A DNA stretch of 64,000 bases. It comes from Microthrixaceae bacterium. GTDB taxonomy: Bacteria; Actinomycetota; Acidimicrobiia; Acidimicrobiales; Microtrichaceae. The notes below the pieces were generated by a model. The model saw nothing but the letters and a program-made list of their open reading frames with translations, searched no databases and had not been told where the DNA came from. This document shows positions 25,197-34,735 of this stretch, in pieces. How positions within the stretch are numbered: position 1 is the stretch's first letter; each line of letters begins with the position of its first letter. A program made the translations under genes and the position numbers. The DNA is taken from contig JAWKIJ010000001.1 of assembly GCA_041394325.1 (NCBI GenBank), forward strand, positions 1,381,096 through 1,445,095. Reading direction: 5' to 3'.

Positions 25197-27699
25197 TCAC
25201 ACCGGTTCGAGCGCCCGTTCGATCACCTCTGCGACGTCCTCCACGAGGGTGATGACCAGTCGGTCGCGCACCGTTGCGGGGATGTCGTCGAGGTCGGCCT
25301 CGTTGCCCTTCGGAAGGATGACCTCGGTGATCCCCGCGCGGTGCGCCGCCAGCACCTTCTGCTTCACCCCGCCGATCGGAAGGACGCGCCCTTGCAACGT
25401 GACCTCGCCCGTCATGGCCACCTCGGCCCGTACGGCGCGGCCCGTCAGCAGGCTGGTGAGCGCGGTGGTCATCGTGATGCCCGCGGATGGTCCGTCCTTG
25501 GGGATCGCGCCCGCGGGGAAGTGCACGTGGATCGGGCGACGGTCCGCCCCCGGCGCGATGCCGAGTCGATCACGGTGCGCCCGCACGTAGGTGAGCGCGA
25601 TCGTCGCCGACTCCTTCATCACGTCACCGAGTTGACCGGTGACCGTCAGGGGGCCGGGGGCACCGGCCGACGTGTTCGGGCGAGGTCCGAAGGCGTCTTC
25701 ACTCCGCCACTCGGCGTCCTGTACGAGGGGAGCGTCGTCGGTGGGCAGCGCGGTCGTCTCGACGAACAGCACGTCGCCACCCGCGCCGGTCACCGCGAGC
25801 CCGGTTGCGACCCCGGGGGTCGAGACGCGGTCGCGGACGTCGTCGGAGTGGAACCGTGCGCGACCCAACACACCGGCAACGTCGTCCGAATCGATGCGCA
25901 CCGTCGGTCCGGGTGATCCGCTCCCCCCGACCGGAGGCTCGGTTGCCGCCGGTTGCGAGGCGACGGTCGTCGCCGTCTTGCGCAACAGCTTGGCGAGCGT
26001 GCGCTCCAGGGAGCGGACCCCGGCCTCGCGGGTGTAGTCGGCGACGACCCGGTGCAGCGCCTCGTCGGTCACTTCGACCTCGCCGGGGCGGAGACCGATC
26101 CGGTTGCCGAGCCGCGCCAGGAGGTGGTCACGTGCGATGGCGACCTTCTCGTCGATGGTGTAACCGTCGAGGGTGACCACCTCCATGCGGTCGAGCAGCG
26201 GCCCGGGGATGGTGTCGAGTTGGTTCGCGGTCGCCAGGAAGATCACGTCGCTGAGGTCGAGGTCGAACTCCAGGTAGTGATCCCGGAACGAGTGGTTCTG
26301 CGCGGGGTCGAGGACCTCGAGCAGTGCCGACGCGGGGTCGCCCCGCCAGTCGGTGCCCACCTTGTCGATCTCGTCGAGCAGGAAGACGGGGTTCATCGTC
26401 TTGGCCTCGATGAGGGCGCGCACGATCCGGCCTGGCCGCGCGCCGACGTAGGTGCGTCGATGACCTCGGACCTCCGCCTCGTCGCGGACGCCACCCAACG
26501 CGACACGCACGAACGTGCGGCCGAGTGCCCGGGCGATCGACTCGCCGAGCGATGTCTTGCCCACCCCGGGAGGGCCGACCAGTGTCAACACCGTTCCGTA
26601 CCGCCGGTCGGCCGGCGCCAGAGACGTCGGGGGTGCCTTCGTCGGGGTGCTCGCCGCGCTCGATGCGGAGCTTGCGGACCGCGAGCTCCTCGACGATGCG
26701 GTCCTTCACGTCGCCGAGCCCGTAGTGGTCGGCGTCGAGCACCTCGCGCGCCGCGGAGAGGTCGAGGTGATCCTTGGAGCGTTCGCCCCACGGCAGTTCG
26801 AGGACGGTGTCGACCCAGGTTCGGATCCAGCTCACCTCGGGTGATTGATCGCTGCTGCGTTCGAGGCGCGACAGCTCGCGTTCGGCCGCGTCGCGCACCG
26901 CCTCGGGGAGGTCGCGTGCGTCCAGCCGCCGGCGATACGAGACAGGGCTGTCGTCATCGCTGCCGTCGTCACCGAGCTCCTTGCGGATAGCGGCGAGCTG
27001 TTGGCGCAGCATGAACTCGCGCTGGGTCTTCTCCAGTCCCTCACTGACCTCGGTACGGATCCTGCGTGTCAGCTCGACCTCGGCCAGTGCCTCCTTGACC
27101 CAACCGAGGACCAACTCGAGGCGGTCGGTCAGCCCGAGCGTCTCGAGGAGTTCGACCTTGCGCTCGACGGCGAGGTCGGGCCACCAGCCCGCTGCGTCGA
27201 CGAGGGCCGCGGGGTCGTCGAGGCCCCGCAGCACACCGTCGAGACGCGGGCCGAACTGTTCGAACAACGCACGGAACGCCGCCCGCAGCTCCACTGCGAG
27301 TGAACGGTCGTGCTCGGTCGGTTCGGTCTCGTTGACAACCTCGGCCTGGAGCCACAGGGTGCTACCCGTGCCGGCCACGCCCGAGCGCAGCCGTGCCCGG
27401 CCGAGCGCCCGTACCACCAACGCCGGCGTGCCGGAGGGGAGCGTCCCTGTCGACTCGATCTTGGCGAGCGTGCCGACCGCAGCGTGGCGGCCGTCGATCC
27501 TGGGGACGAGCAGCAGCCGGTCGTCCTCGCCGGTGGCTTCCACCGCGGCGCGCGCGTCGTCGGTCTCGAGGGCGATCGTCAGGACCATGCCGGGGAGGAC
27601 CACCCCGTCGGGTAGGGGCAATACGGGCAGGGTCAGGGTGTCCGGGGCGGCGCCGGCGTCGCCGAGGCGGGCTGAATCGGTGTCGGTGGTGTCGGGCAT
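25197..27699 (-). pseudogene. lon: Lon protease, one frame break near 26595-26650
   Basis: ORF 26128-27699 gives the N-terminal and coiled-coil domains up to AVRKLRIERG. ORF 25197-26591 gives TLVGPPGVGKTS (Walker A), FLLDEIDK and PKDGPSAGITM (catalytic Ser). The two parts are in different frames. Confidence 0.9.
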
Positions 27700-27976
27700 C
27701 GGGCGTCCTCCGGCGTCGGGGCAAGGTCCGTTCGGCGGCAGGGACCTACCGCTCAGGTACGAACAACCAGCGCAATGAACCTGCTATTCCAACGCTCAAG
27801 TACCGGTATGACCGGAGGAGACCGCGATGCCGACGAGCGAATCGTCCACCGATGCGGGCGGTCGGGCGCGGAGCCGTCCTCGGTGATGCCGGTGACGACA
27901 GGTGGTGGGTACTGTCTGGCCCTGACGACGCCACCACAGGGGGAGCGATGACCGATCCGACACGGGGGACGAACCG

Positions 27977-29560
27977 ATGAGTAGCGCAGCGGCCGGCGAG
28001 GCGGGTACGGCGATGGTGGACGCACCGACGTTGTGGGATCTGGTGGAGCGCAGGGCTGCGGCCACCCCCGACGCCGTGCTGCTCATCGGCGCGGACGACC
28101 GCACACTCACCTGCAAGGAGTTCCGCGACCGCGCCGAGCGGGTTGCGGCCGGGTTCGCCGAGCGCGGTGTCAAGGCCGGGACCCGCGTCACCTGGGAACT
28201 GCCCAACCGCTTCGAGACGGTGCTGGCAAGCTTCGCGCTCGCACGGCTCGGCGCGATCCAGAACCCCATCCTGCACTTCTACCGTCACAAGGAGGTGGGG
28301 TACGCGATCCGGGCGACGACCGCGGAGTTCGTGTTGGTGCCGGGCACCTGGGGCGGGTTCGACTTCGGCGGCATGGTCGACGAACTCGTGGCCGATGTTC
28401 CCGAGGCCGAACGCCCGACGGTGATCGACGTGTTCGCCGACCTCCCCGATGCGGACCCCGCGGGCCTGCCGACGGCGCCGACCGACGGCGACGAGATCCG
28501 CTGGATCTACTTCACGTCCGGCACGACGTCGGATCCCAAGGGTGTGCGCCACAGTGACCGCACTCTCATCACCGGTGCCAACGGCCTCGCGGTCGCCCTC
28601 GACATGTCCTCCGACGACGTCGGATCGATCGCGTTCCCCTTCAGCCACATCGCCGGCCCCGACTACTTCGGCTCGATGCTGATCGGTGGGTTCGCCGCGG
28701 TGCTGTTCGAGACCTTCGTCCCCACCGACGCGATCCCCGTCCTCGCGCGGCACGGCGTCACGATGGTCGGCGGCGGTCCGGCGTTCTACTCCATGTACCT
28801 CGCCGAGCAGCGCAAGACGCCCGACGTGCCCGTCATCCCCACGCTGCGGAAGATGTCGGGCGGCGGGGCGCCGATGCCACCCGAGCAGTACGACGAGATC
28901 CAGCGCGAGTTCGGGGTGAAGACCTGCCACGGCTACGGCATGACCGAGTGCCCGATGATCTGTGAGGGGTCACCCCACGACACCGACGAGCAGCTCAAGA
29001 ACACCGTCGGCAAGCCGGTGGTCGGTCTCGACATGCGCGTGGTCGACGAGCACGGCGCCGAATGCGGTCCCGGAGCCGACGGCGAGATCCGCCTCAAGGG
29101 ACCGATGGTGTTCCGCGGCTACACCGACCCCGCAGCCACCGCGGAGGCGTTCGACGGCGAGGGCTGGTTCCGCACCGGCGATCTCGGACACCGCCGTCCC
29201 GACGGCCACGTTGTGCTCACAGGCCGGCTCAAGGACGTGATCATCCGCAAGGGTGAGAACATCTCGGCCAAGGAGATAGAGGACGTCCTGTACTCGCACC
29301 CCAAGGTCGGCGACGTGGCGGTGATCGGCCTGCCCGACGCCGAGCGTGGCGAGCGGGTGTGCGCGGTGGTCGAGCGGGCCGAAGGCGCCGACGACCTCAC
29401 CTTCGACGAGATGACCGAGACACTCCGCGACGCCCAACTCATGCGCCAGAAGTTCCCCGAACAACTCGAGGTGGTCGACGCGCTGCCCCGCAACGAGACG
29501 TTGCGCAAGGTGTTGAAGTTCAAGCTTCGCGAGGAGTACGGCGCCAAGCCGTGGCCATGA
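27977..29560 (+). CDS. AMP-dependent acyl-CoA synthetase/ligase
   Basis: ORF 27977-29560. Motifs YFTSGTTSDPKGV, GYGMTE, TGDLG and RKGENIS. The stop overlaps the ETF-alpha start (ATGA). Confidence 0.85.
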   Translation: MSSAAAGEAGTAMVDAPTLWDLVERRAAATPDAVLLIGADDRTLTCKEFRDRAERVAAGFAERGVKAGTRVTWELPNRFETVLASFALARLGAIQNPILHFYRHKEVGYAIRATTAEFVLVPGTWGGFDFGGMVDELVADVPEAERPTVIDVFADLPDADPAGLPTAPTDGDEIRWIYFTSGTTSDPKGVRHSDRTLITGANGLAVALDMSSDDVGSIAFPFSHIAGPDYFGSMLIGGFAAVLFETFVPTDAIPVLARHGVTMVGGGPAFYSMYLAEQRKTPDVPVIPTLRKMSGGGAPMPPEQYDEIQREFGVKTCHGYGMTECPMICEGSPHDTDEQLKNTVGKPVVGLDMRVVDEHGAECGPGADGEIRLKGPMVFRGYTDPAATAEAFDGEGWFRTGDLGHRRPDGHVVLTGRLKDVIIRKGENISAKEIEDVLYSHPKVGDVAVIGLPDAERGERVCAVVERAEGADDLTFDEMTETLRDAQLMRQKFPEQLEVVDALPRNETLRKVLKFKLREEYGAKPWP

Positions 29561-30606
29561 CCCCTCCCGCCCTGGTGGTGATCCCGGTTCGCGACGGTTT
29601 GGCGCCCACCGGGTCGCTCGACGCTGTCGCGCAGGCATCACGGCTCGGCGAGGTCCGGACGGTGCTCGTCGGTTCGCGCCCGGCCGGTGCGGTCGACGCG
29701 CTCGGCGCGATCGCGGCACCCGGCTCCGCCGTCGAACTGATCGAGGCAGGCGACTTCGCGCCCGCGGCGTGGGCCTCGGCGCTCGCGCCGCTCGTCGCGG
29801 AGTCGGGGGCGGTGGTCTTGCCCGGTTCACCCGACGGCCGTGATCTCGCCGCACGGCTCGCTGCCGTGACGGCCAGGCCGCTCCTGTCCAATGTGTTGTC
29901 GATCGCATCCGCCTCGGCGGGACCGGCGAACGATGGCGTGGAGGGCGGTGGGGGCATCGAGTTCGTCGTCGCCCACCACGGCGGACGGCTCGAGTCGGTG
30001 GTGCACGCGCACGCACGCGTCGTCGCGACCGTCCAACCGGGACTCCACGCCGCGGTGGGCGCCTCCGAGCCCACGACCCGCGTCGCGACGAAGGTGCTCG
30101 ACCTCGGGATCGGGAGTACGTCCGGGCCCCGATTCGACACCGCCGATCCACGGGTGGTGGCGATCGACCCTCCCGATGCCGCGACGATGGATCTCGCCGA
30201 CGCGACGCGCCTGGTGGGCGGGGGAGCGGGTCTGCTCGATCGCGACGGCGACGATTCACCCCGGCGTTTCGAGCGTCTGAAGGCCGTCGGCGAGGCACTC
30301 GGTGCGGCGATGGGTGCGACCCGGGTGGTCACCGACGCGGGGTTCGTCGGCCATGATCGCCAGATCGGCACGACGGGGGTGGTGGTCGACCCCGACCTGT
30401 ACCTGGCGTTCGGCATCAGCGGCGCGGTGCAGCACACCGCGGGCCTCGGATCGCCCGCGCATGTGATCTCGGTGAACACCGATCCCCACTGTCCGATGAT
30501 GGCGATGTCGAACCTGGCGATCGTGGCCGACGCCGATGCGACCGTCGTCGCACTGGCACGACGGCTGGGCGTCGACCCCGCTCCGACCGATCGGCCCGAC
30601 CGGTGA
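29557..30606 (+). CDS. etfA: electron transfer flavoprotein alpha subunit (mycofactocin-associated type)
   Basis: Tail of ORF 29359-30606 from ATG 29557. The C-terminal FAD domain reads LGAAMGATRVVTDAGFVGHDRQIGTTG...LYLAFGISGAVQHTAG. Confidence 0.8.
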   Translation: MTPPALVVIPVRDGLAPTGSLDAVAQASRLGEVRTVLVGSRPAGAVDALGAIAAPGSAVELIEAGDFAPAAWASALAPLVAESGAVVLPGSPDGRDLAARLAAVTARPLLSNVLSIASASAGPANDGVEGGGGIEFVVAHHGGRLESVVHAHARVVATVQPGLHAAVGASEPTTRVATKVLDLGIGSTSGPRFDTADPRVVAIDPPDAATMDLADATRLVGGGAGLLDRDGDDSPRRFERLKAVGEALGAAMGATRVVTDAGFVGHDRQIGTTGVVVDPDLYLAFGISGAVQHTAGLGSPAHVISVNTDPHCPMMAMSNLAIVADADATVVALARRLGVDPAPTDRPDR

Positions 30607-31900
30607 GCGATCCCGACGCGATCGTCGTCGGCGCCGGGCCGGCAGGCAGTGCGGCGGCCATCGCCCTCGCACGGGCGGGTCGTTCAGTGGTGCTGTTGGA
30701 ACGCGGCCCGTTCCCGGGTTCGAAGAACATGTACGGCGGCGTGATCTACGGCCGCATCCTCGACGGTCTCATTCCTCGGTGGTGGGAGGAGGCGCCGATC
30801 CAACGATGGGTCACCCGCCGGAGCACCATGACGATGACGCCGACCCAGGCGCTCACCGTCGACTACCGCAGCGAGGCCTGGGGGCGCCGCCCTACAACGG
30901 CGCGACCGCCTACCGCCCCGATTTCGACCACTGGCTGGCGGGCCACGCGGTCGATGCCGGTGCGGAGTTGATCTGTTCGACCACCGCGACGGGTCTGCTG
31001 CGAGACGGTGACAGGGTGGTGGGAGTCCGCACCGACCGCCCCGACGGCGATCTGTGTGCGGAGATCGTGATCGCGTGCGATGGGGTCAACTCATTCCTCG
31101 CGAAGGAGGCGGGGATGTATCCCCACGCCGATCCCGCGCACTTCACGGTCGGGGTCAAGGAGACGCTGCACGTCGGTCGCGACGTGATCGACCAGCGCTT
31201 CGGTGTGCGGGGCCGCGACGGGGTGGACATCGAGATCCTCGGGGCGACCGAGGGCATTCCGGGTGGCGGGTTCCTCTACACCAATCTCGACACGATCGCG
31301 ATCGGCCTGGTCCTGGGTGTGACGGCTCTGGGCGCGCAGCAGCGGCGACCCGAGGAGTTGATCGGAAGGTTGAAGGCGCACCCGGCGATCGCACCGCTCG
31401 TCGAGGGTGGTGAGGTGGTGGAGTACAGCGCGCACCTCATCCCCGAGGGAGGCTTCGCCCACATGCCCGAACTGGTCGGCGACGGGATGTTGGTCGCGGG
31501 CGATGCCGCGGCGATGTGCCTTGCGGCGGGGATCTGGCTCGAAGGGGTGAACTTCGCGATCGGCTCGGGGCTCGCGGCGGGTCATGCGGCGGTCGAGGCG
31601 CTGCGACTCGGCGACACGTCCGCCGCAGGCCTGTCGGGATACCGTCGCCGCCTCGACCACGGCTTCGTCCTCGCGGATCACCGGAAGCTGGCCGCGGTCC
31701 CCGACCTGATCCTGGGCGAGCGAGTCCAACGTCGGTACCCACAGGTGGCGTGCAACGTCGCCGAGCGGATCTTCACCGTGCAGAACCCACGGCCCAAACC
31801 CGGCTTCGGGGCGATCGTCCGCTCCGAGATCAAGGCCGCCGGACTGAAGGCCCGCGACGTCACCCGCGACGCCGTCGCCGGACTGAAGGCCTTCGGATGA
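30603..31900 (+). pseudogene. fixC: FixC-type FAD-dependent oxidoreductase (ETF-quinone oxidoreductase-like), frame break in the G-run at about 30883-30888
   Basis: ORF 30603-30971 reads MSDPDAIVVGAGPAGSAAAIALARAG...DYRSEAWG. The sequence then continues as APPYNGATAYRPDFDHWLA...ACDGVNSFLAKE...LVAGDAA in the frame of ORF 30536-31900. Confidence 0.8.
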
Positions 31901-32214
31901 GCGACAGCGAGCTTCCGATGACGGACCTGTATCCCGAGATCGGCTTCGAGCGGAGGATGGACACCGTCGAGTTCCGGGTTGGCGAACGCGCCCACATCAC
32001 CGTCGACGGCGACACGTGTCGGGGATGCACCACCAGGGCGTGCGTGGTGGCCTGCCCGGCCAACCTGTTCGTCCCCACCGCCGACGGCGGCATCCTGTTC
32101 AACTACGAGCAGTGCTTCGAATGCGGCACCTGCTACATGGTGTGCAACGACGAAGGCGCCATCACCTGGACCTACCCCGACGGTGGTCAGGGCGTCGTGT
32201 TCCGGAGCACGTGA
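31897..32214 (+). CDS. fixX: FixX-type ferredoxin-like protein
   Basis: Tail of ORF 31516-32214 from ATG 31897 (ATGA overlap). Motifs CRGCTTRACVVACPANLF and CFECGTCYMVC. Confidence 0.8.
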   Translation: MSDSELPMTDLYPEIGFERRMDTVEFRVGERAHITVDGDTCRGCTTRACVVACPANLFVPTADGGILFNYEQCFECGTCYMVCNDEGAITWTYPDGGQGVVFRST

Positions 32215-32221
32215 GCGCGCC

Positions 32222-33070
32222 GTGACCGTCGTCGTCTGCGCGAACTGGGTCGACCTGCACCCGAAGCTCGATCCCCTCACCGGGGAGGTTTCCACCGACC
32301 CTCGGCGGGGTGGCTTCTCCGATGCCGATCACGCCGCGCTCGCCGTCGCGCTCGATCTGGCCGCACCGACGGCCACCTCGGTGGTGGTGATGAGCGTTGC
32401 TCCCGAGGTGGCCGCCCCTTCGATCGCGGCGTTCGCCGCGCGAGGTGCGGATCGTGGAGTCCACCTGGTGGCGGACTCGCCGCTCGATCCGATCACCGCG
32501 GCGGGTGTCCTCGTCGAGGCGCTCACCGCGATGGACGACCTGACATGGGTGCTGTGCGGCGATCTGTCGCCGGACTGGGGCTCCGGCGCCGTCCCGCGCT
32601 GGTCGCGGCCGGTCTCGGCGCGGCGCAGGCGTTGGGCCTCGTCGAGGTTGCCAACGCCACGAGTGGGCGAGGCGCCGGCGCCGAGGTGGTCGTGGCGGTG
32701 CGGCGCCTGGACGGAGGTCGGCGGGAGCGGCTGGAGGTTCGGGCCCCTGCGGTGCTGTCGGTGGAGGGTTCGGTCGCCCGGCCCGGCCGTGCACCGTTGT
32801 CGGCATTGCGGGCGGCCACCGACCGCATCGAGTCGCGGGCCGTCCGGGTCGCCCGGCCAGCCGCGGGGCTGCACTGGGGATCGCCGCGGCCGATCCGGCC
32901 GCCGACGACCGGTCTCGAGCCGCCCGAAGGTGACGCGCGTTCGGCCGGATCGTGTCGCTGACGGGTGCGCTGGTCGAGCGCACCCCACCCCGTCGGGTCG
33001 ACGCGACCCCGAGGAGGCCGCCGAGCTCATCGTCGATCAGCTCGGCGTGTGGGGCTACGACCTCGGCTGA
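32222..33070 (+). pseudogene. etfB: electron transfer flavoprotein beta subunit (mycofactocin-associated type), 3 frame changes
   Basis: GTG 32222 opens VTVVVCANWVDLHPKLDPLTGEV...WVLCGDLSPDWGSGAVP (frame of ORF 31979). Next comes LVAAGLGAAQALGLVEV...APAVLSVEG (ORF 32545-32961). Then SLTGALVERTPPRRVDATP (ORF 32952-), then EEAAELIVDQLGVWGYDLG back in the first frame. Confidence 0.65.
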
Positions 33071-33786
33071 TGGCGGCGATCCGGCCCCTGCTCGCGTTGG
33101 GCGATCGCACCTGGACCGAGCTCGGCGAGCGGGCCTGGTTGATCGTGCCGCTGGGTTCGACCGAACAGCACGGGCCGCATCTCCCGTTGGACACCGACAC
33201 GCGCATCGCGGTGGCGATCGCCGAGCGCCTGGCGGCCAACTTGAGCGACAGTCCCGGGAGGTCGGCGGCGAGGGAGGTGCTGGTGGCCCCCGCGATGGCG
33301 ATCGGTGCGTCGGGTGAGCACGCCGGTTTCGCCGGCACGCTCTCGGTGGGGACCTCGGTGTTGGAGGAGGTCGTCGTGGAGATCGGCCGTTCCGCCGACC
33401 GTTTCGCCGGGGTCGTGTGGTGCAACGCGCACGGCGGCAACGCGGCCGCCTTGGAGCGGGCCCATCGCCGCCTCGTCGAGGAAGGCCGTCGGTCGCGGTG
33501 CGTGCACGTGGCGTTCGACGGCGATCTGCACGCCGGGCGTACCGAGACCTCGGTGATGCTGGCGATCGCACCGGAGACCGTCCGCGTCGACCGGATGCAA
33601 CCGGGTGTGACCGGGCCGTGGTCCGAGATCGGCGAGCGGATACGTCGCCGAGGCGTCGCCGCGGTCAGCCGAAACGGTGTCCTCGGCGACCCCACCGGTG
33701 CGTCGGCGGCCGAGGGTGAGCGCCTCATCGGGGACCTCGTCGCCCGCCTCGCCACCGATCTCGCGGCCGGGCCCGAGACCATCTGA
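33070..33786 (+). CDS. mftE: mycofactocin precursor peptidase MftE (creatininase family)
   Basis: Tail of ORF 32965-33786 from ATG 33070, which shares one nt with the etfB stop. Motifs LIVPLGSTEQHGPHLPLDTD, SGEHAGFAGT and NAHGGN. Confidence 0.85.
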   Translation: MAAIRPLLALGDRTWTELGERAWLIVPLGSTEQHGPHLPLDTDTRIAVAIAERLAANLSDSPGRSAAREVLVAPAMAIGASGEHAGFAGTLSVGTSVLEEVVVEIGRSADRFAGVVWCNAHGGNAAALERAHRRLVEEGRRSRCVHVAFDGDLHAGRTETSVMLAIAPETVRVDRMQPGVTGPWSEIGERIRRRGVAAVSRNGVLGDPTGASAAEGERLIGDLVARLATDLAAGPETI

Positions 33787-33891
33787 TCCGCGCCGCACGG
33801 CGGTATCACACGAACCGACACCCCGCAGGCCGATAGCGCTGGGAGGCGGATGGAACGACCCTGGTTCGCGTCGGCCACCTAGGGTTCGGCC

Positions 33892-34725
33892 ATGGCAACG
33901 TCGCAGCCCTCCGGCGCCATCACCGAGGACGTCGACGCGCCCGTCGCGCTGATCACCGGTGCCGCCCGCGGGATCGGGGCGGCGACCGCCGTGCGGCTCG
34001 CCGCCGACGGCTGGCGGGTGGCCGCGGCGGACATCTGCGCCGACATCGACGTGCTGCGCTACCACCTGGGAACCCGGGCCGATCTCGACGCCACCGTCGC
34101 CGCGTGTGCCGAGCGGGGGACCGAGGCGATCGGTCTGGTGGCCGACGTTCGCGACCAGTCGCAGGTCGACCATGCCGTCCTGGAAGCGGTGGCACGGTTC
34201 GGGCGGATCGACGCGGTGGTGGCCGCGGCGGGAGTGATCACCGGTGGTGACCCGGCCTGGGAGATCGACGAGGAGGTGTTCACGACCAACGTCGACGTCA
34301 ACCTCACCGGTGTCTGGCGCACCTTCAAGGCGGCCGTCCCCCACCTGCTCGCGACCCCCCGCCCGCGGCACGGTCGGCTGGTCGCCATCGCGTCTGCGGC
34401 GGGGATGCGGGGCAACCCGACCATCGCCGACTACACGGTCGCCAAACACGGTGTCGTCGGTCTGGTTCGTTCGCTTGCACTGGAACTGGGTCGCCGAGGG
34501 ATCACCGTCAACGCGGTGGCGCCGGGCTCGACCACCACGGCGATCCTGGACGCCACGGCGGAGTTGTACCACCTCGACGACGTCGGGGAGTTCGCCGTGC
34601 ACCACACCATCGGCCGCAATCTCGATCCGTCCGAGATCGCGGCCGGGGTCGCGTGGCTCGTCTCACCCGAGCGCGACGGTGTGACCGGGATCGTCCTACC
34701 CGTCGACGGGGGGATGACGATCTGA
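33892..34725 (+). CDS. mycofactocin-coupled SDR-family oxidoreductase (carveol dehydrogenase-like)
   Basis: ORF 33892-34725. TGAARGIGAA, YxxxK (YTVAKHG), and the insert ICADIDVLRYHLGTRADLDATV typical of the mycofactocin-linked SDR subfamily. Confidence 0.85.
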   Translation: MATSQPSGAITEDVDAPVALITGAARGIGAATAVRLAADGWRVAAADICADIDVLRYHLGTRADLDATVAACAERGTEAIGLVADVRDQSQVDHAVLEAVARFGRIDAVVAAAGVITGGDPAWEIDEEVFTTNVDVNLTGVWRTFKAAVPHLLATPRPRHGRLVAIASAAGMRGNPTIADYTVAKHGVVGLVRSLALELGRRGITVNAVAPGSTTTAILDATAELYHLDDVGEFAVHHTIGRNLDPSEIAAGVAWLVSPERDGVTGIVLPVDGGMTI

Positions 34726-34735
34726 TCGGCCGCCC

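Noticed and set aside
27795-27801. CTCAAGT upstream of lon, resembling one arm of the HspR HAIR element (CTTGAGT-N7-ACTCAAG).
   Set aside because: Only a half-site is present. No matching inverted arm lies at the required spacing.
33850-33882. 10-codon uORF (MERPWFASAT) with a GGGAGG upstream, in the mftE-SDR intergenic region.
   Set aside because: It is too short to distinguish from chance and no attenuator-like structure is evident.
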